34,028 nt of DNA from an uncultured Ruminococcus sp. (GTDB lineage: Bacteria > Bacillota > Clostridia > Oscillospirales > Acutalibacteraceae), in contig CACYDD010000087.1 of NCBI GenBank assembly GCA_902773065.1, positions 1 to 34,028 on the forward strand. The letters are read 5' to 3'. Positions 6,966 to 15,313 of this stretch are shown piece by piece. Position numbers and translations under genes: made by a program. Below the pieces are notes generated by a model. The model was not told the DNA's origin. It did no database searches and worked only from the letters and a program-made list of their open reading frames with translations. Each line of letters starts with the position of its first letter. Positions within the stretch are counted from its first letter, which is position 1.

Positions 6966-7006
6966 ATATTAGTATTAATAAAATAATATATTTTAAAAAC
7001 AAAATT

Positions 7007-7059
7007 CCCGACCCTCGCCGAATTGTATCGGTCAGGGTCGGGGATGTTTTTATTGTTTT
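7007..7059. terminator. rho-independent terminator (likely the original terminator of the toxin/antitoxin-like operon, now displaced by the IS)
   Basis: A 9-bp GC-rich stem pairs cccgaccct (7007..7015) with agggtcggg (7034..7042), and an inner ccga/tcgg pairing adds to it. A T-rich run follows at 7047..7059. An A-rich tract on the left side would allow bidirectional function. Confidence 0.6.
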
Positions 7060-7132
7060 GACTTGAATCAAAAAACAGACAGATATTCATCAAGCTGCTG
7101 TTCTTCCAATTCTGCTATAAAGTCAGTAAATA

Positions 7133-7335
7133 TCATAAGCTTTCCGGTATTTCCTCAACTTCCGATAAATCGGTATAATCTTCTTCTGATTCTGTAAAAC
7201 ATCTTCTCAAATAATCATTTCCCCATCTATTGAGACTCGTCCGCAACTACAGGAAACAAAGTCATGATAGGATGTTGATTCTATAATATCGCCGCAAGCA
7301 TTGCATTTGATACGATTTCTTATTATTTTCTGCAT
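7133..7335 (-). pseudogene. frameshifted small Cys-rich (CxxC...CxC) protein gene
   Basis: The minus-strand ATG at 7335 gives MQKIIRNRIKCNACGDIIESTSYHDFVSCSCGRVSIDG and then a stop at 7207. Adding one G to the GGGG run (about 7221..7224) would continue the frame as GNDYLRRCFTESEEDYTDLSEVEEIPESL, ending at 7133. Confidence 0.45.
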
Positions 7336-7393
7336 TTTTATCCTCACAAGCAAAAATTTATTAAATATGACTTACATTATGTATTACCTTTTC

Positions 7394-7678
7394 TCACATT
7401 CTGAACATGAAATAAACAAGAGCGAGTGCAGGAACTGCAATACAGAGGATTGAAAAGAAACGAATTTTTCTGTTAAATCGTTTCGCATTGCATACTCTGA
7501 TGATTTGAAGCAACAGTAAATTGCCCCAGAACAGCGAATGGAATACATTTATGCCTGCTTTGTCTGCATTGGCTTCGGGAAGACAGGATATAAAAATGAG
7601 AACACCTATGCAAACTGTAATTACTGAAAGAATAATGCTGACGATAGTTGTTATCGGGGCTATGGCTTTTCCTTTCAT
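7394..7678 (-). CDS. small membrane protein (paralog 2 of a tandem pair)
   Basis: The 94-aa ORF has three hydrophobic helices and AAGAGG upstream. It shares the motif LFWG[ND][LI]LLL[QE][IV]IRV with the adjacent 90-aa ORF. Confidence 0.7.
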   Translation of the reverse strand: MKGKAIAPITTIVSIILSVITVCIGVLIFISCLPEANADKAGINVFHSLFWGNLLLLQIIRVCNAKRFNRKIRFFSILCIAVPALALVYFMFRM

Positions 7679-7693
7679 TGTTCAGTACCTCTT

Positions 7694-7966
7694 TTACATT
7701 CCGAGAATTGTGAAAACAAGGGAGAGTGCAAGCAGGATAACGAGGACAATCGATAATATCTGGAATTTTCCGTTTGCCAGTTTCTCATAGAATACTCTGA
7801 TAACCTCAAGCAGAAGGATATCGCCCCAGAAAAGGCAGCTGAACAGGTGTTTGTCAACATTCGGAATGACAAGTCCGCAGATGAAAAATGCAACGCCGGC
7901 GGCGGTGACAATTCCCATCAGGACAAGGTTGACGATTTTTAGAGTTTTTGTTGATTTTTCATTCAT
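7694..7966 (-). CDS. small membrane protein (paralog 1 of a tandem pair)
   Basis: The 90-aa ORF has a start codon that overlaps the HAD gene stop (ATGA at 7966..7963). GGAGGT within the HAD 3' end serves as its RBS. Confidence 0.7.
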   Translation of the reverse strand: MNEKSTKTLKIVNLVLMGIVTAAGVAFFICGLVIPNVDKHLFSCLFWGDILLLEVIRVFYEKLANGKFQILSIVLVILLALSLVFTILGM

Positions 7967-8658
7967 GACTTAGTACCTCCTAAAATAATTTCTGTAATTT
8001 CCGACGGATTTCCGACAAAAATCGGTTTGCCGATGGTGTAATGTTCTTCCATTTCTTCCTTTGTGCCGTAGCCAAACAGACAGCCGATAAAATCAACGCC
8101 GACTTTTGCTGCACCGTCTGCATCAAATTTCGTATCGCCGATCATGACGATCCTGTCATTGTCTGATTCACGCAGTGAATCAATGACATAATTCATCACA
8201 TCCACTTTGTTATGACGTGGTTTCGGCTCATTCGGCGTTTCTCCTGTCAGAGAGGTAGAGCCGCCGACAACTTCAAAATAGCTGTCAAGTTTCAGCATGG
8301 CAATAATTCTGTCTGTGAATTTCTGATATTTCGTAGAAGCAACGCCAAGCTTTACGCCTGCCGCTTTTAAGCTGTCAAGAACCTCAAAAATCCCGTCATA
8401 GACTTTGTTTTTGTAAATGCCGCTTTTGATGAAATTCTTTTTATAGATTTCTACGCCTTCTTCGGCGGCATCATGGTCAAAGCCGCAGCGTTTCAGGCTT
8501 TCATACATAGGCGGTCCGATAAAGCTCTGAATCGTTTTTTCGTCGGGCAGCGGTCTGCCTGTTTCCTTGAAAACCAGCCGGACACAGTCAAGAATTCCCT
8601 CGCCCGACTCGCTCAATGTGCCGTCTAAGTCAAACAGCACAATATCATATTTTTTCAT
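7963..8658 (-). CDS. HAD-superfamily hydrolase (phosphoglycolate/pyrophosphatase-like, subfamily IA)
   Basis: HAD motif I is FDLDGTL, motif III is the Lys region STKYQ, and motif IV is GDTKFDADGA. Length is 231 aa. Confidence 0.85.
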   Translation of the reverse strand: MKKYDIVLFDLDGTLSESGEGILDCVRLVFKETGRPLPDEKTIQSFIGPPMYESLKRCGFDHDAAEEGVEIYKKNFIKSGIYKNKVYDGIFEVLDSLKAAGVKLGVASTKYQKFTDRIIAMLKLDSYFEVVGGSTSLTGETPNEPKPRHNKVDVMNYVIDSLRESDNDRIVMIGDTKFDADGAAKVGVDFIGCLFGYGTKEEMEEHYTIGKPIFVGNPSEITEIILGGTKS

Positions 8659-8802
8659 ATCCTTTTCCTTTCTTTTTTCTTGCTATAAATCCACAAAAAT
8701 GAAATATTGCATAAGTGTTGTAAGATATCTCCCCCTTTGAGTTTTATATCAAAGGCAACTTTAAAAACTTCACTTTAGCGTACCAACTCCGCCACGCCGC
8801 AA

Positions 8803-8837
8803 TTCACAACTCCTAATTCCTAATTCCTAACTCCTAA
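8803..8837 (-). repeat. heptanucleotide tandem array TTAGGAG TTAGGAA TTAGGAA TTAGGAG TTGTGAA, 3 nt after the tex stop codon
   Basis: The minus strand reads TAA GAG then five 7-nt units. It uses the same unit, and the same orientation relative to the upstream gene, as the array at 4776..4803. Confidence 0.85.
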
Positions 8838-8840
8838 CTC

Positions 8841-10979
8841 TTACTTCATGGTGAGGGAGATTCTGCCCTTTTCGGCATCAACGGCGAGAACTCTGACTTT
8901 GATGACATCGCCGACATTGAGGACATCGGAGGGGTGTTTGATTCGCTTCTCGCTGATTTGTGAGATGTGGACAAGTCCGTCCTGATGAACACCGATATCA
9001 ACAAATGCACCGAAATCTATGACATTTCTGACAGTGCCTTTGAGTTCCATGCCCTCTTTGAGGTCTTTGATATCAAGCACATCGGTACGCAGGAGCGGCG
9101 GAGGAAGCTCATCACGGGGGTCTCTGCCGGGCTTGGTAAGCTCTGTGATGATATCTTCAAGGGTAGGTCTGCCGATACCGAGTTTTTCGGCGGCATTGTC
9201 AAGACCGATGGCGGCGGCTTTCCGGTTCAGTTCGGAAAGACTGCCGTTTCTGATATCGTCGGTGGTATAGCCGCACAGCTCTAAAAGTTGTTTTGCGGCT
9301 GTATAGGATTCGGGGTGAACAGCGGTATTGTCAAGCGGATCAGCACTTTCGGGCACTCTTAAAAAGCCTGCACACTGTTCAAATGCTTTCGGTCCGAGTT
9401 TTGATACTTTTTTCAGTTCTGCACGGGATTTGAACGCACCATTTTCTTCTCGGTAGGCTACAATATTTCCCGAAACAGTTTTGCTGATGCCTGCCACTCT
9501 GGAAAGCAGGGCAGGGGAAGCAGTATTCAGGTCTGCGCCAACAGTGTTAACGCAGTCCTCAACAACACCGTCAAGGGCTTCACTGAGCCGTTTTTGCGGC
9601 ATATCATGCTGATACTGTCCCACACCGATCGCTTTCGGTTCGATTTTCACAAGCTCTGCAAGCGGATCCTGTAATCTTCTTGCGATAGACACTGCACTTC
9701 TGAGCGTCAGGTCAAGGTCGGGCATTTCAGCGGCGGCAAGCTTGGAAGCGGAATAAACCGATGCGCCTGCTTCGCTGACAACCATGTAGGAAACCTTATT
9801 GTCAATTTCAGAGATACATTCGGCAGTAAACATTTCTGTTTCTTTTGAAGCCGTGCCATTGCCGATGGCAATAATTTCTGCGTTGTATTTTTTGATCATG
9901 TTTTTGAGGGTGGTTTTGGATTTCTGAATCTGTGCCTGACTGTGTGTCGGGTAGATAACAGCTGTGTCAAGCACTCTGCCTGTCGGGTCAACAACAGCAA
10001 GCTTACAGCCTGTGCGGTAGCCGGGGTCAAGTCCTATTGCGGTATGACCTTTTACAGGCGGCTGCATGAGAAGATTTCTCAGATTCAGTGCAAACAGGGC
10101 AATCGCCTGCTCGTCAGCCTTTTCGGTCAGCTCGTTTCTGATCTCACGCTCCAGTGAGGGGAAGATCAGTCTTGCATAAGCATCCTCGCAGGCTGCCTTA
10201 ACTGTCTGTGAAAATTCATTATCGGATTTGACAAGAAGTCTGTTTACAATATTCAGGCATTTTTCGGGCGGAATATCGATCGTGACTTTCAGGAAATCCT
10301 CCCGTTCGCCCCTGTCAATAGCAAGCACTCTGTGACCTGCTATTTTTGAAACAGGCTCGCCAAAATCATAGTAAAGTCTGTAAACACTGTCTTTGTCGGG
10401 GTCAGCGGCTTTGGAGCGGAGAAATGCATTCAGGCGGATAATATTTTTCAGCCTTTTGCGGATCTCTGCATTGTCAGAAACATTTTCCGCAATGATATCC
10501 ATTGCACCCTGAATGGCATCCTCTTCTGTTTCAACACCCTTTTCGGGGTCAATATATTTCTGTGCTTCTGTGCTAAGATTTCCGTTTTCCTGTGCAAAAA
10601 TGAGGTCGGCAAGCGGTTCAAGACCCTTTTCCTTTGCAACAGAGGCTCTTGTTTTTCTTTTCGGGCGGTAGGGGCGGTAGATATCCTCGATTTCGGTAAG
10701 AACAGACGCTTTTTCTAAAGCGGCGGCAATTTCGTCATTCATTTTGCCAAGACCGTCGATCAGATTGTAAACTTCCTCACGGCGTTTATCCAGACCTCTT
10801 AAATATTCAAGACGTTCGCTGATGGAGCGAATCGTCTGGTCATCAAGTGTACCGTGCATTTCCTTGCGGTATCTTGCGATAAAGGGAATGGTATTTCCCT
10901 CATCAAGAAGATTGATGATATTCTGTGCATATTCTTCTTTGATCTTAAATTCCTCTACAAGTTTTGCTGCGTAATTCAT
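8841..10979 (-). CDS. tex: Tex-like RNA-binding transcription accessory protein (YqgF/HHH/S1 domains)
   Basis: The 712-aa ORF has the N-terminal motif TIPFIARYRKE and the central YqgF-like segment GLDPGYRTGCKLAVVD. The C-terminal S1 domain reads GMELKGTVRNVIDFGAFVDIGVHQDGLVHISQ. Confidence 0.9.
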   Translation of the reverse strand: MNYAAKLVEEFKIKEEYAQNIINLLDEGNTIPFIARYRKEMHGTLDDQTIRSISERLEYLRGLDKRREEVYNLIDGLGKMNDEIAAALEKASVLTEIEDIYRPYRPKRKTRASVAKEKGLEPLADLIFAQENGNLSTEAQKYIDPEKGVETEEDAIQGAMDIIAENVSDNAEIRKRLKNIIRLNAFLRSKAADPDKDSVYRLYYDFGEPVSKIAGHRVLAIDRGEREDFLKVTIDIPPEKCLNIVNRLLVKSDNEFSQTVKAACEDAYARLIFPSLEREIRNELTEKADEQAIALFALNLRNLLMQPPVKGHTAIGLDPGYRTGCKLAVVDPTGRVLDTAVIYPTHSQAQIQKSKTTLKNMIKKYNAEIIAIGNGTASKETEMFTAECISEIDNKVSYMVVSEAGASVYSASKLAAAEMPDLDLTLRSAVSIARRLQDPLAELVKIEPKAIGVGQYQHDMPQKRLSEALDGVVEDCVNTVGADLNTASPALLSRVAGISKTVSGNIVAYREENGAFKSRAELKKVSKLGPKAFEQCAGFLRVPESADPLDNTAVHPESYTAAKQLLELCGYTTDDIRNGSLSELNRKAAAIGLDNAAEKLGIGRPTLEDIITELTKPGRDPRDELPPPLLRTDVLDIKDLKEGMELKGTVRNVIDFGAFVDIGVHQDGLVHISQISEKRIKHPSDVLNVGDVIKVRVLAVDAEKGRISLTMK

Positions 10980-11038
10980 AAAATATGTCCTTTCCTTTAA
11001 ATATAAGATGAACGGTGTCAGATCTGTTAACTGACTGT

Positions 11039-11066
11039 ATACTAACCACTAATCACTAATCACTAA
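11039..11066 (-). repeat. heptanucleotide tandem array TTAGTGA TTAGTGA TTAGTGG TTAGTAT beginning in the stop codon of the 232-aa gene
   Basis: The minus strand reads TAT TAG TGA TTA GTG ATT AGT GGT TAG TAT. The first unit contains the TAG stop (11065..11063). TAG and TGA recur every 7 nt. Confidence 0.8.
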
Positions 11067-11761
11067 TAATCGAACGGGAAGGTTTCTTCCTTGCCGAGGG
11101 CTTGTACAGCGAGAAGATATTTGCCGCTTGTTTTGCCGTTTCTGACTTCATAGCTGCCGTTATTCACTGATGCAGTGGAAACACACTGAGCGATGATACC
11201 GTTTTGTTTATAAATATCCACATAATGGTAACCGGGGAGATGGTCGGGCGCAGGTTCAAAGATACCTGTTGTGACATATTCCACAGCGGTAAGTGTTTCA
11301 CCCCGGTTGATGGTAGCGTCCTTGATTATGTAAGCATTGTAGGTGGGAGAAACGATTTGTATGATGTTTATGACGAGAAGGAACATTCCGATAGTGGAAA
11401 TGAGTACTAAGGATATTTTACCGTTTTCCTGAACCTTGTATTTTTTGACTGTCTTGTTGCTTATGATCAGACCGATGATCATCATAGCAACAGGAAGTAA
11501 TATTACAAATCCGAAATAAGAAGTGCAGATCGTGTTGTCGATGATGATCTCAAACTTTAAAAGAGTGTGGGCTAAATTCATCAGCACAACGATACAGAGC
11601 AGCCACATCCCGATATCATAAATGCGTCTGCCTTTGACATAGTCTTTGTCCTTTTTCAGCTGTGTTTTCGAGTCCTGCAAGGGAGCAGAAGCAGTATCGG
11701 GGGCGGTTGTTTCAGGTTCTGCGGCGGTGTTGATCGTTTTGTTATTTTTTTCTTCTGACAC
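11063..11761 (-). CDS. membrane protein, function unknown
   Basis: The 232-aa ORF starts with GTG at 11761, with AAGGAGG 8 nt upstream. A polar N-terminus is followed by three predicted TM helices and a C-terminal soluble domain. Confidence 0.7.
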   Translation of the reverse strand: MSEEKNNKTINTAAEPETTAPDTASAPLQDSKTQLKKDKDYVKGRRIYDIGMWLLCIVVLMNLAHTLLKFEIIIDNTICTSYFGFVILLPVAMMIIGLIISNKTVKKYKVQENGKISLVLISTIGMFLLVINIIQIVSPTYNAYIIKDATINRGETLTAVEYVTTGIFEPAPDHLPGYHYVDIYKQNGIIAQCVSTASVNNGSYEVRNGKTSGKYLLAVQALGKEETFPFDY

Positions 11762-11777
11762 GGTGAATTCCTCCTTG

Positions 11778-12608
11778 TTAAGTGGTCATGCCCATAATCA
11801 GCTGTGCAGCATAGCAAAGTCCGAAAATAACAGGCTGGTGGGCAAGATAGATGATAAGTGCGTGGCGGCCGACAAAAGACAGCGGCGGTATATGGTTCTT
11901 ATAGGAAAATTTGGGGAATTTCTTCTTAGCCGCCAGCCGTCCGAAGAAGCAGCCTGCAAAGAACAGGAACAGCCACGGAAGAAGAGGGAAGAAATCGCTT
12001 GAAGTAAAATCATTGTTAATAAATCCGAGCGGATACAGAAAATCCGTCTGATACCATTCTGTCGGAAGTTCATACGACCACAGGAACGGTATGCCGATAC
12101 TGCCTGAGGTAACTGTCATGGTGAAAATAAACAGAGCCGCATTTAAAATTACGCCGATCCACATAGGGATCAGCTTCAGCAGTCTTGACAGGATACCGTA
12201 AAGCATCATACATATCGACAGCATATGCAAAATGCCAAAGCGTATGGTGTTTTGTTCCCCGACGACAAAAAATGTTACGAGTGAGACAATATAGGCAATA
12301 AAAAACAGTTTCGCACCCCGTTCAATATTGGAATGGCTGAGATTTGAGGCGATACCCGAAATGACAATAAAGATTCCTGCGAAGACCGGCTGTGCAGGTC
12401 TGAAAAAGTTAATCAATGAAATGCCCCAGTCCCAGCCGAAAAGATACCCGACTGAGAAAAAGGCATGATAAAATACCATGCATACAACCGCAAAGCCTCT
12501 CACCTCGTCAAGTAAATGAATACGGGCTTTTGCTTTGGGCTTTGCTTTTTGTTCACTGGCCGCTTCTGACATATTGGCGTCCTCCCTGCTGAAATAATAA
12601 GCTGACAT
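11778..12608 (-). CDS. DUF1624 / heparan-alpha-glucosaminide N-acetyltransferase-like polytopic membrane protein
   Basis: The segment RIHLLDEVRGFAVVCMVFYHAFF is typical of the family (from memory), and the protein has many TM helices. The alternative start at 12572 (MSEAAS) has an equally good RBS (GGGAGGA, 7-nt spacing). Confidence 0.75.
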   Translation of the reverse strand: MSAYYFSREDANMSEAASEQKAKPKAKARIHLLDEVRGFAVVCMVFYHAFFSVGYLFGWDWGISLINFFRPAQPVFAGIFIVISGIASNLSHSNIERGAKLFFIAYIVSLVTFFVVGEQNTIRFGILHMLSICMMLYGILSRLLKLIPMWIGVILNAALFIFTMTVTSGSIGIPFLWSYELPTEWYQTDFLYPLGFINNDFTSSDFFPLLPWLFLFFAGCFFGRLAAKKKFPKFSYKNHIPPLSFVGRHALIIYLAHQPVIFGLCYAAQLIMGMTT

Positions 12609-12681
12609 AATAGTTCCCTCTGTCTGCCTTGAATGTATTCTGACAATTTGAAATTTTGCACCTGATTCTGAATTTCCTTGT

Positions 12682-12709
12682 TTGAATCAACTTCATAATG
12701 TGCTATAAT
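12682..12709 (+). promoter_or_regulatory. sigma-A promoter with extended -10 (TTGAAT-N16-TGcTATAAT)
   Basis: The -35 is at 12682..12687 and the -10 TATAAT is at 12704..12709, preceded by TG at 12701..12702. Its position argues that the thioesterase starts at 12767 rather than the track start 12698. Confidence 0.5.
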
Positions 12710-12766
12710 AAATTATATCAGCAAATTATTTTAGAATCAAGAATATTTGGGAAAAGAGGTAAAAAA

Positions 12767-13159
12767 ATGAGTGAATTAATTTCAGGAATGACCAATAAGG
12801 TAACAGCAAAGGTGGATGAAGAGAAACTGGCGGTAAATGTCGGCAGCGGAACGCTGAGGGTACTGGCGACTCCAGCGGTAGCTGCGCTGATGGAAAAGGC
12901 AGCCTGTGAACTTGTTCAGCCGTATCTTCCGGAGGGGATCACCACTGTCGGAACGATGATCAGTATTGATCACATCAGTGCAACGCCCTTCGGTGCGGAA
13001 ATCACAGCAGAAGCGAAACTTGTTGATATCGCTGACAGAAAATTCACCTTTGAGCTTACCTCCTATGACAATGCAGGCGTGATTGCCAAAGGCAGACACG
13101 AACGCTTTTCCGTAAAAGCTGAGCGGTTTATGGAAAAGACGGAAAACAAGTTAAAATAA
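12767..13159 (+). CDS. hot-dog fold thioesterase (FlK/YbgC-like)
   Basis: AAGAGG lies 7 nt upstream of the ATG at 12767. The motif VGSGTLRVLATPAVAALMEKAA and a ~130-aa length fit small acyl-CoA thioesterases. Confidence 0.8.
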   Translation: MSELISGMTNKVTAKVDEEKLAVNVGSGTLRVLATPAVAALMEKAACELVQPYLPEGITTVGTMISIDHISATPFGAEITAEAKLVDIADRKFTFELTSYDNAGVIAKGRHERFSVKAERFMEKTENKLK

Positions 13160-13178
13160 AACATCTGAAAAAGTTAAC

Positions 13179-13217
13179 CCCCGAAACAGTTTTTTGACTG
13201 CTTCGGGGTTTTGTTTA
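13179..13217. terminator. bidirectional rho-independent terminator between convergent genes
   Basis: The stem pairs ccccgaaacagt with actgcttcgggg (12 bp, one mismatch). It is followed by TTTTGTTT on the + strand and TTAACTTTTT on the - strand. Confidence 0.65.
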
Positions 13218-14501
13218 AAACAGGGCGAGTTCAACGGAAACGCTGAATTCTTTATCATCACATTCAAAACTTACCTCTCCGTCGTATTGTCTGACAACTT
13301 TATCAAGTGAATACAAGCCTAAGCCGTGATGGTTCTTATCGGTTTTTGTTGTTTCGGGAATATGTCCGTTCAGTCTGACCTTTTGCACAACAGGGTTGGT
13401 AATTCTGATAAATACAAAACCGCTGCGGCAGATACAACTGACGGAAATAATTTTTTTGTCGGTTGTTTCGATTTTTTGACACGCTTCGATTGCGTTATCA
13501 ACCGTATTGCCGAATATTACACAAAGGTCTGTCGGTTTGATGGCATCGGAGGGCACTGCACCTTCAAAAGAAATACGGGTATTTATTTTGTCAGCTTGCT
13601 TTTGTTTGTCGGCCAGCAGTGCATCAACAATACCATTGCCTGTGTCAAACAAGGTAAGGGACGGACTGATATTCAGGTTTTGCTTTTCCAGCATTTTCAG
13701 TGCTTCGTCATTTTTTCCTTTGGAGATCAGCTTACTCAGCCCGATACACATATTCTTGTAATCATGACGGAATCGCCTCAGTTCAAAATTGGATTCAGAA
13801 AGCAGCGCATAGTGTTCGGATTGGGCATTTATCTGCCTTTCGTAATTTTCTGCCTGATTTTTAATATGTTTGTTTGTTACGGAATATAGGATCATGACAG
13901 GAAGGGCAAGGGACAAAAGTGTAATGATGATCAAAAACATAATTTTTATCGCTTGGATCTGATAGGAAGCGTTGCTGTGATCTAATGTATCTGTGACAAT
14001 TGCGACTGAAATGGCGCAGCACAGCAAAAGAGAAAGAACGAGCCTTTTCACGGTTTTTGAAGTGAATTTCAGAATTTGTCCGGTCTTGATACGCAGTTTT
14101 GTGAAGCAAATAATCATACATGCAATAAATGTCATGATATTGACCGAGAATTCAACCTTACTACGCTGTGACTCATTCAGTGTTAAGAATATCCCGGGAA
14201 CGGACTCCAGCATAATATTGAGCATAAACAGAAAACAATAAACAGACGCAATCGATAGTATCCTTACTTTTTTAATGCATAATTTTGCAGTAATGATTTC
14301 AATGAACTGGAAAATTCCCTGAATGGTGATCATGGTTTCCTGATCACAAAATATAGCAGCAATAATTACTGGAACAAAAATCAAAAAAGATACACCAATT
14401 TTTATTTTGCTGTATTCAGCATCCAACAGTTTTACTGACACAGTCAGCATACAGATATAATATAATACAGACTCAATAAATGAAATAGCAACAATACTCA
14501 T
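13215..14501 (-). CDS. AgrC/ComD-like (HPK10 family) sensor histidine kinase with GHKL ATPase domain
   Basis: The 428-aa ORF has about 6-7 N-terminal TM helices and an H-box region FRHDYKNM. The C-terminal ATPase motifs are NAIEAC and HGLGLYSLDKVV. Confidence 0.85.
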   Translation of the reverse strand: MSIVAISFIESVLYYICMLTVSVKLLDAEYSKIKIGVSFLIFVPVIIAAIFCDQETMITIQGIFQFIEIITAKLCIKKVRILSIASVYCFLFMLNIMLESVPGIFLTLNESQRSKVEFSVNIMTFIACMIICFTKLRIKTGQILKFTSKTVKRLVLSLLLCCAISVAIVTDTLDHSNASYQIQAIKIMFLIIITLLSLALPVMILYSVTNKHIKNQAENYERQINAQSEHYALLSESNFELRRFRHDYKNMCIGLSKLISKGKNDEALKMLEKQNLNISPSLTLFDTGNGIVDALLADKQKQADKINTRISFEGAVPSDAIKPTDLCVIFGNTVDNAIEACQKIETTDKKIISVSCICRSGFVFIRITNPVVQKVRLNGHIPETTKTDKNHHGLGLYSLDKVVRQYDGEVSFECDDKEFSVSVELALF

Positions 14502-14502
14502 G

Positions 14503-15210
14503 TTATACCTTTATATAATAATTTCTGACAAAGTCTTTGTAAATTTTTTTGAATTCAGCTGTATGTGTACGGCTGATGATTGCTTTTTCACCGTTGATCA
14601 GCTGAATTTCGTTTCCTTTAACGGAAGAAATGCAGTACATATTCACAACATAGGATCTATGGATGCGGTAAAAACAGTGTTTGGGCAATTCCTGCTGTAC
14701 TTTGGCAAGTGTTTTTGAACTTCTTATTACATTGTCTGTTGTTCTGATGATACAGTATTTTCCGTCACCTTCGAGATAGAGAATCTTTTCCGAACTGACA
14801 GTTTTACGCTCGCCGTCGTCAACGACCAGGATCGGACACAAAAGCTTTTGCTGCTGCAAATAATTGTCAAGTGCAGAATACAGCTTCACATCATCCAAAG
14901 GTTTGACGAAAAAGCGGAACGGCTGGACTTCAAATGATTCAAATACAAATTCCGGGTAGCTTGTGACAAAGATAATACTGCATATACAGTTTTTCATACG
15001 CAGCGATTTTGCCGTTTCCAGACCATCCGATCCCGGCATCTGATAATCAATAAAGACCATGTCAAATATCAGATCTGACTGCAAAAGGCTGCTGCCGCTT
15101 TCAAATTCATAAATATCGATCTGTATTCGTTTCTGTCTTTTATAGGCAATCAGTTTGTTTTTTAATTCGTCTCTGAATTCTTTCTCATCATCGCATATTG
15201 CAACCTGCAT
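14503..15210 (-). CDS. LytTR-family response regulator
   Basis: The receiver domain reads MQVAICDDE...FIDYQMPGSDG. The C-terminal LytTR domain reads ILYLEGDGKYCIIRT...FYRIHRSYVVN. The ATG at 15210 has GGGAG 8 nt upstream and is preferred over the track start 15252. Confidence 0.85.
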   Translation of the reverse strand: MQVAICDDEKEFRDELKNKLIAYKRQKRIQIDIYEFESGSSLLQSDLIFDMVFIDYQMPGSDGLETAKSLRMKNCICSIIFVTSYPEFVFESFEVQPFRFFVKPLDDVKLYSALDNYLQQQKLLCPILVVDDGERKTVSSEKILYLEGDGKYCIIRTTDNVIRSSKTLAKVQQELPKHCFYRIHRSYVVNMYCISSVKGNEIQLINGEKAIISRTHTAEFKKIYKDFVRNYYIKV

Positions 15211-15313
15211 TTTTACCGCTCCCTTCCGTTTTGATACCTGAAACTCCAACATATATATATAAACTCCTTTCTATGAATTATAAATGAATAAAAACAAGAA
15301 AGGAAGTTTTATT

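Larger units (their letters stand above)
5869..6972 (+). mobile_element. IS630-family insertion sequence with TA target-site duplication
   Basis: Including the flanking TA, the 26-nt terminal inverted repeats are 5867..5892 (TACTAATATCGTATAAATAATAGACA) and the reverse complement of 6949..6974 (TACTAATATCTAATTAAAAATAGACA), matching at 22 of 26 positions. TA flanks both ends (5867..5868 and 6973..6974). An HTH plus DDE_3 transposase lies inside. Confidence 0.85.

Noticed and set aside
12698-12766. An N-terminal 23-codon extension of the thioesterase (track start 12698).
   Set aside because: The extension overlaps a good extended -10 promoter (12682..12709). The internal ATG at 12767 has a proper AAGAGG RBS and gives a typical ~130-aa hot-dog protein.
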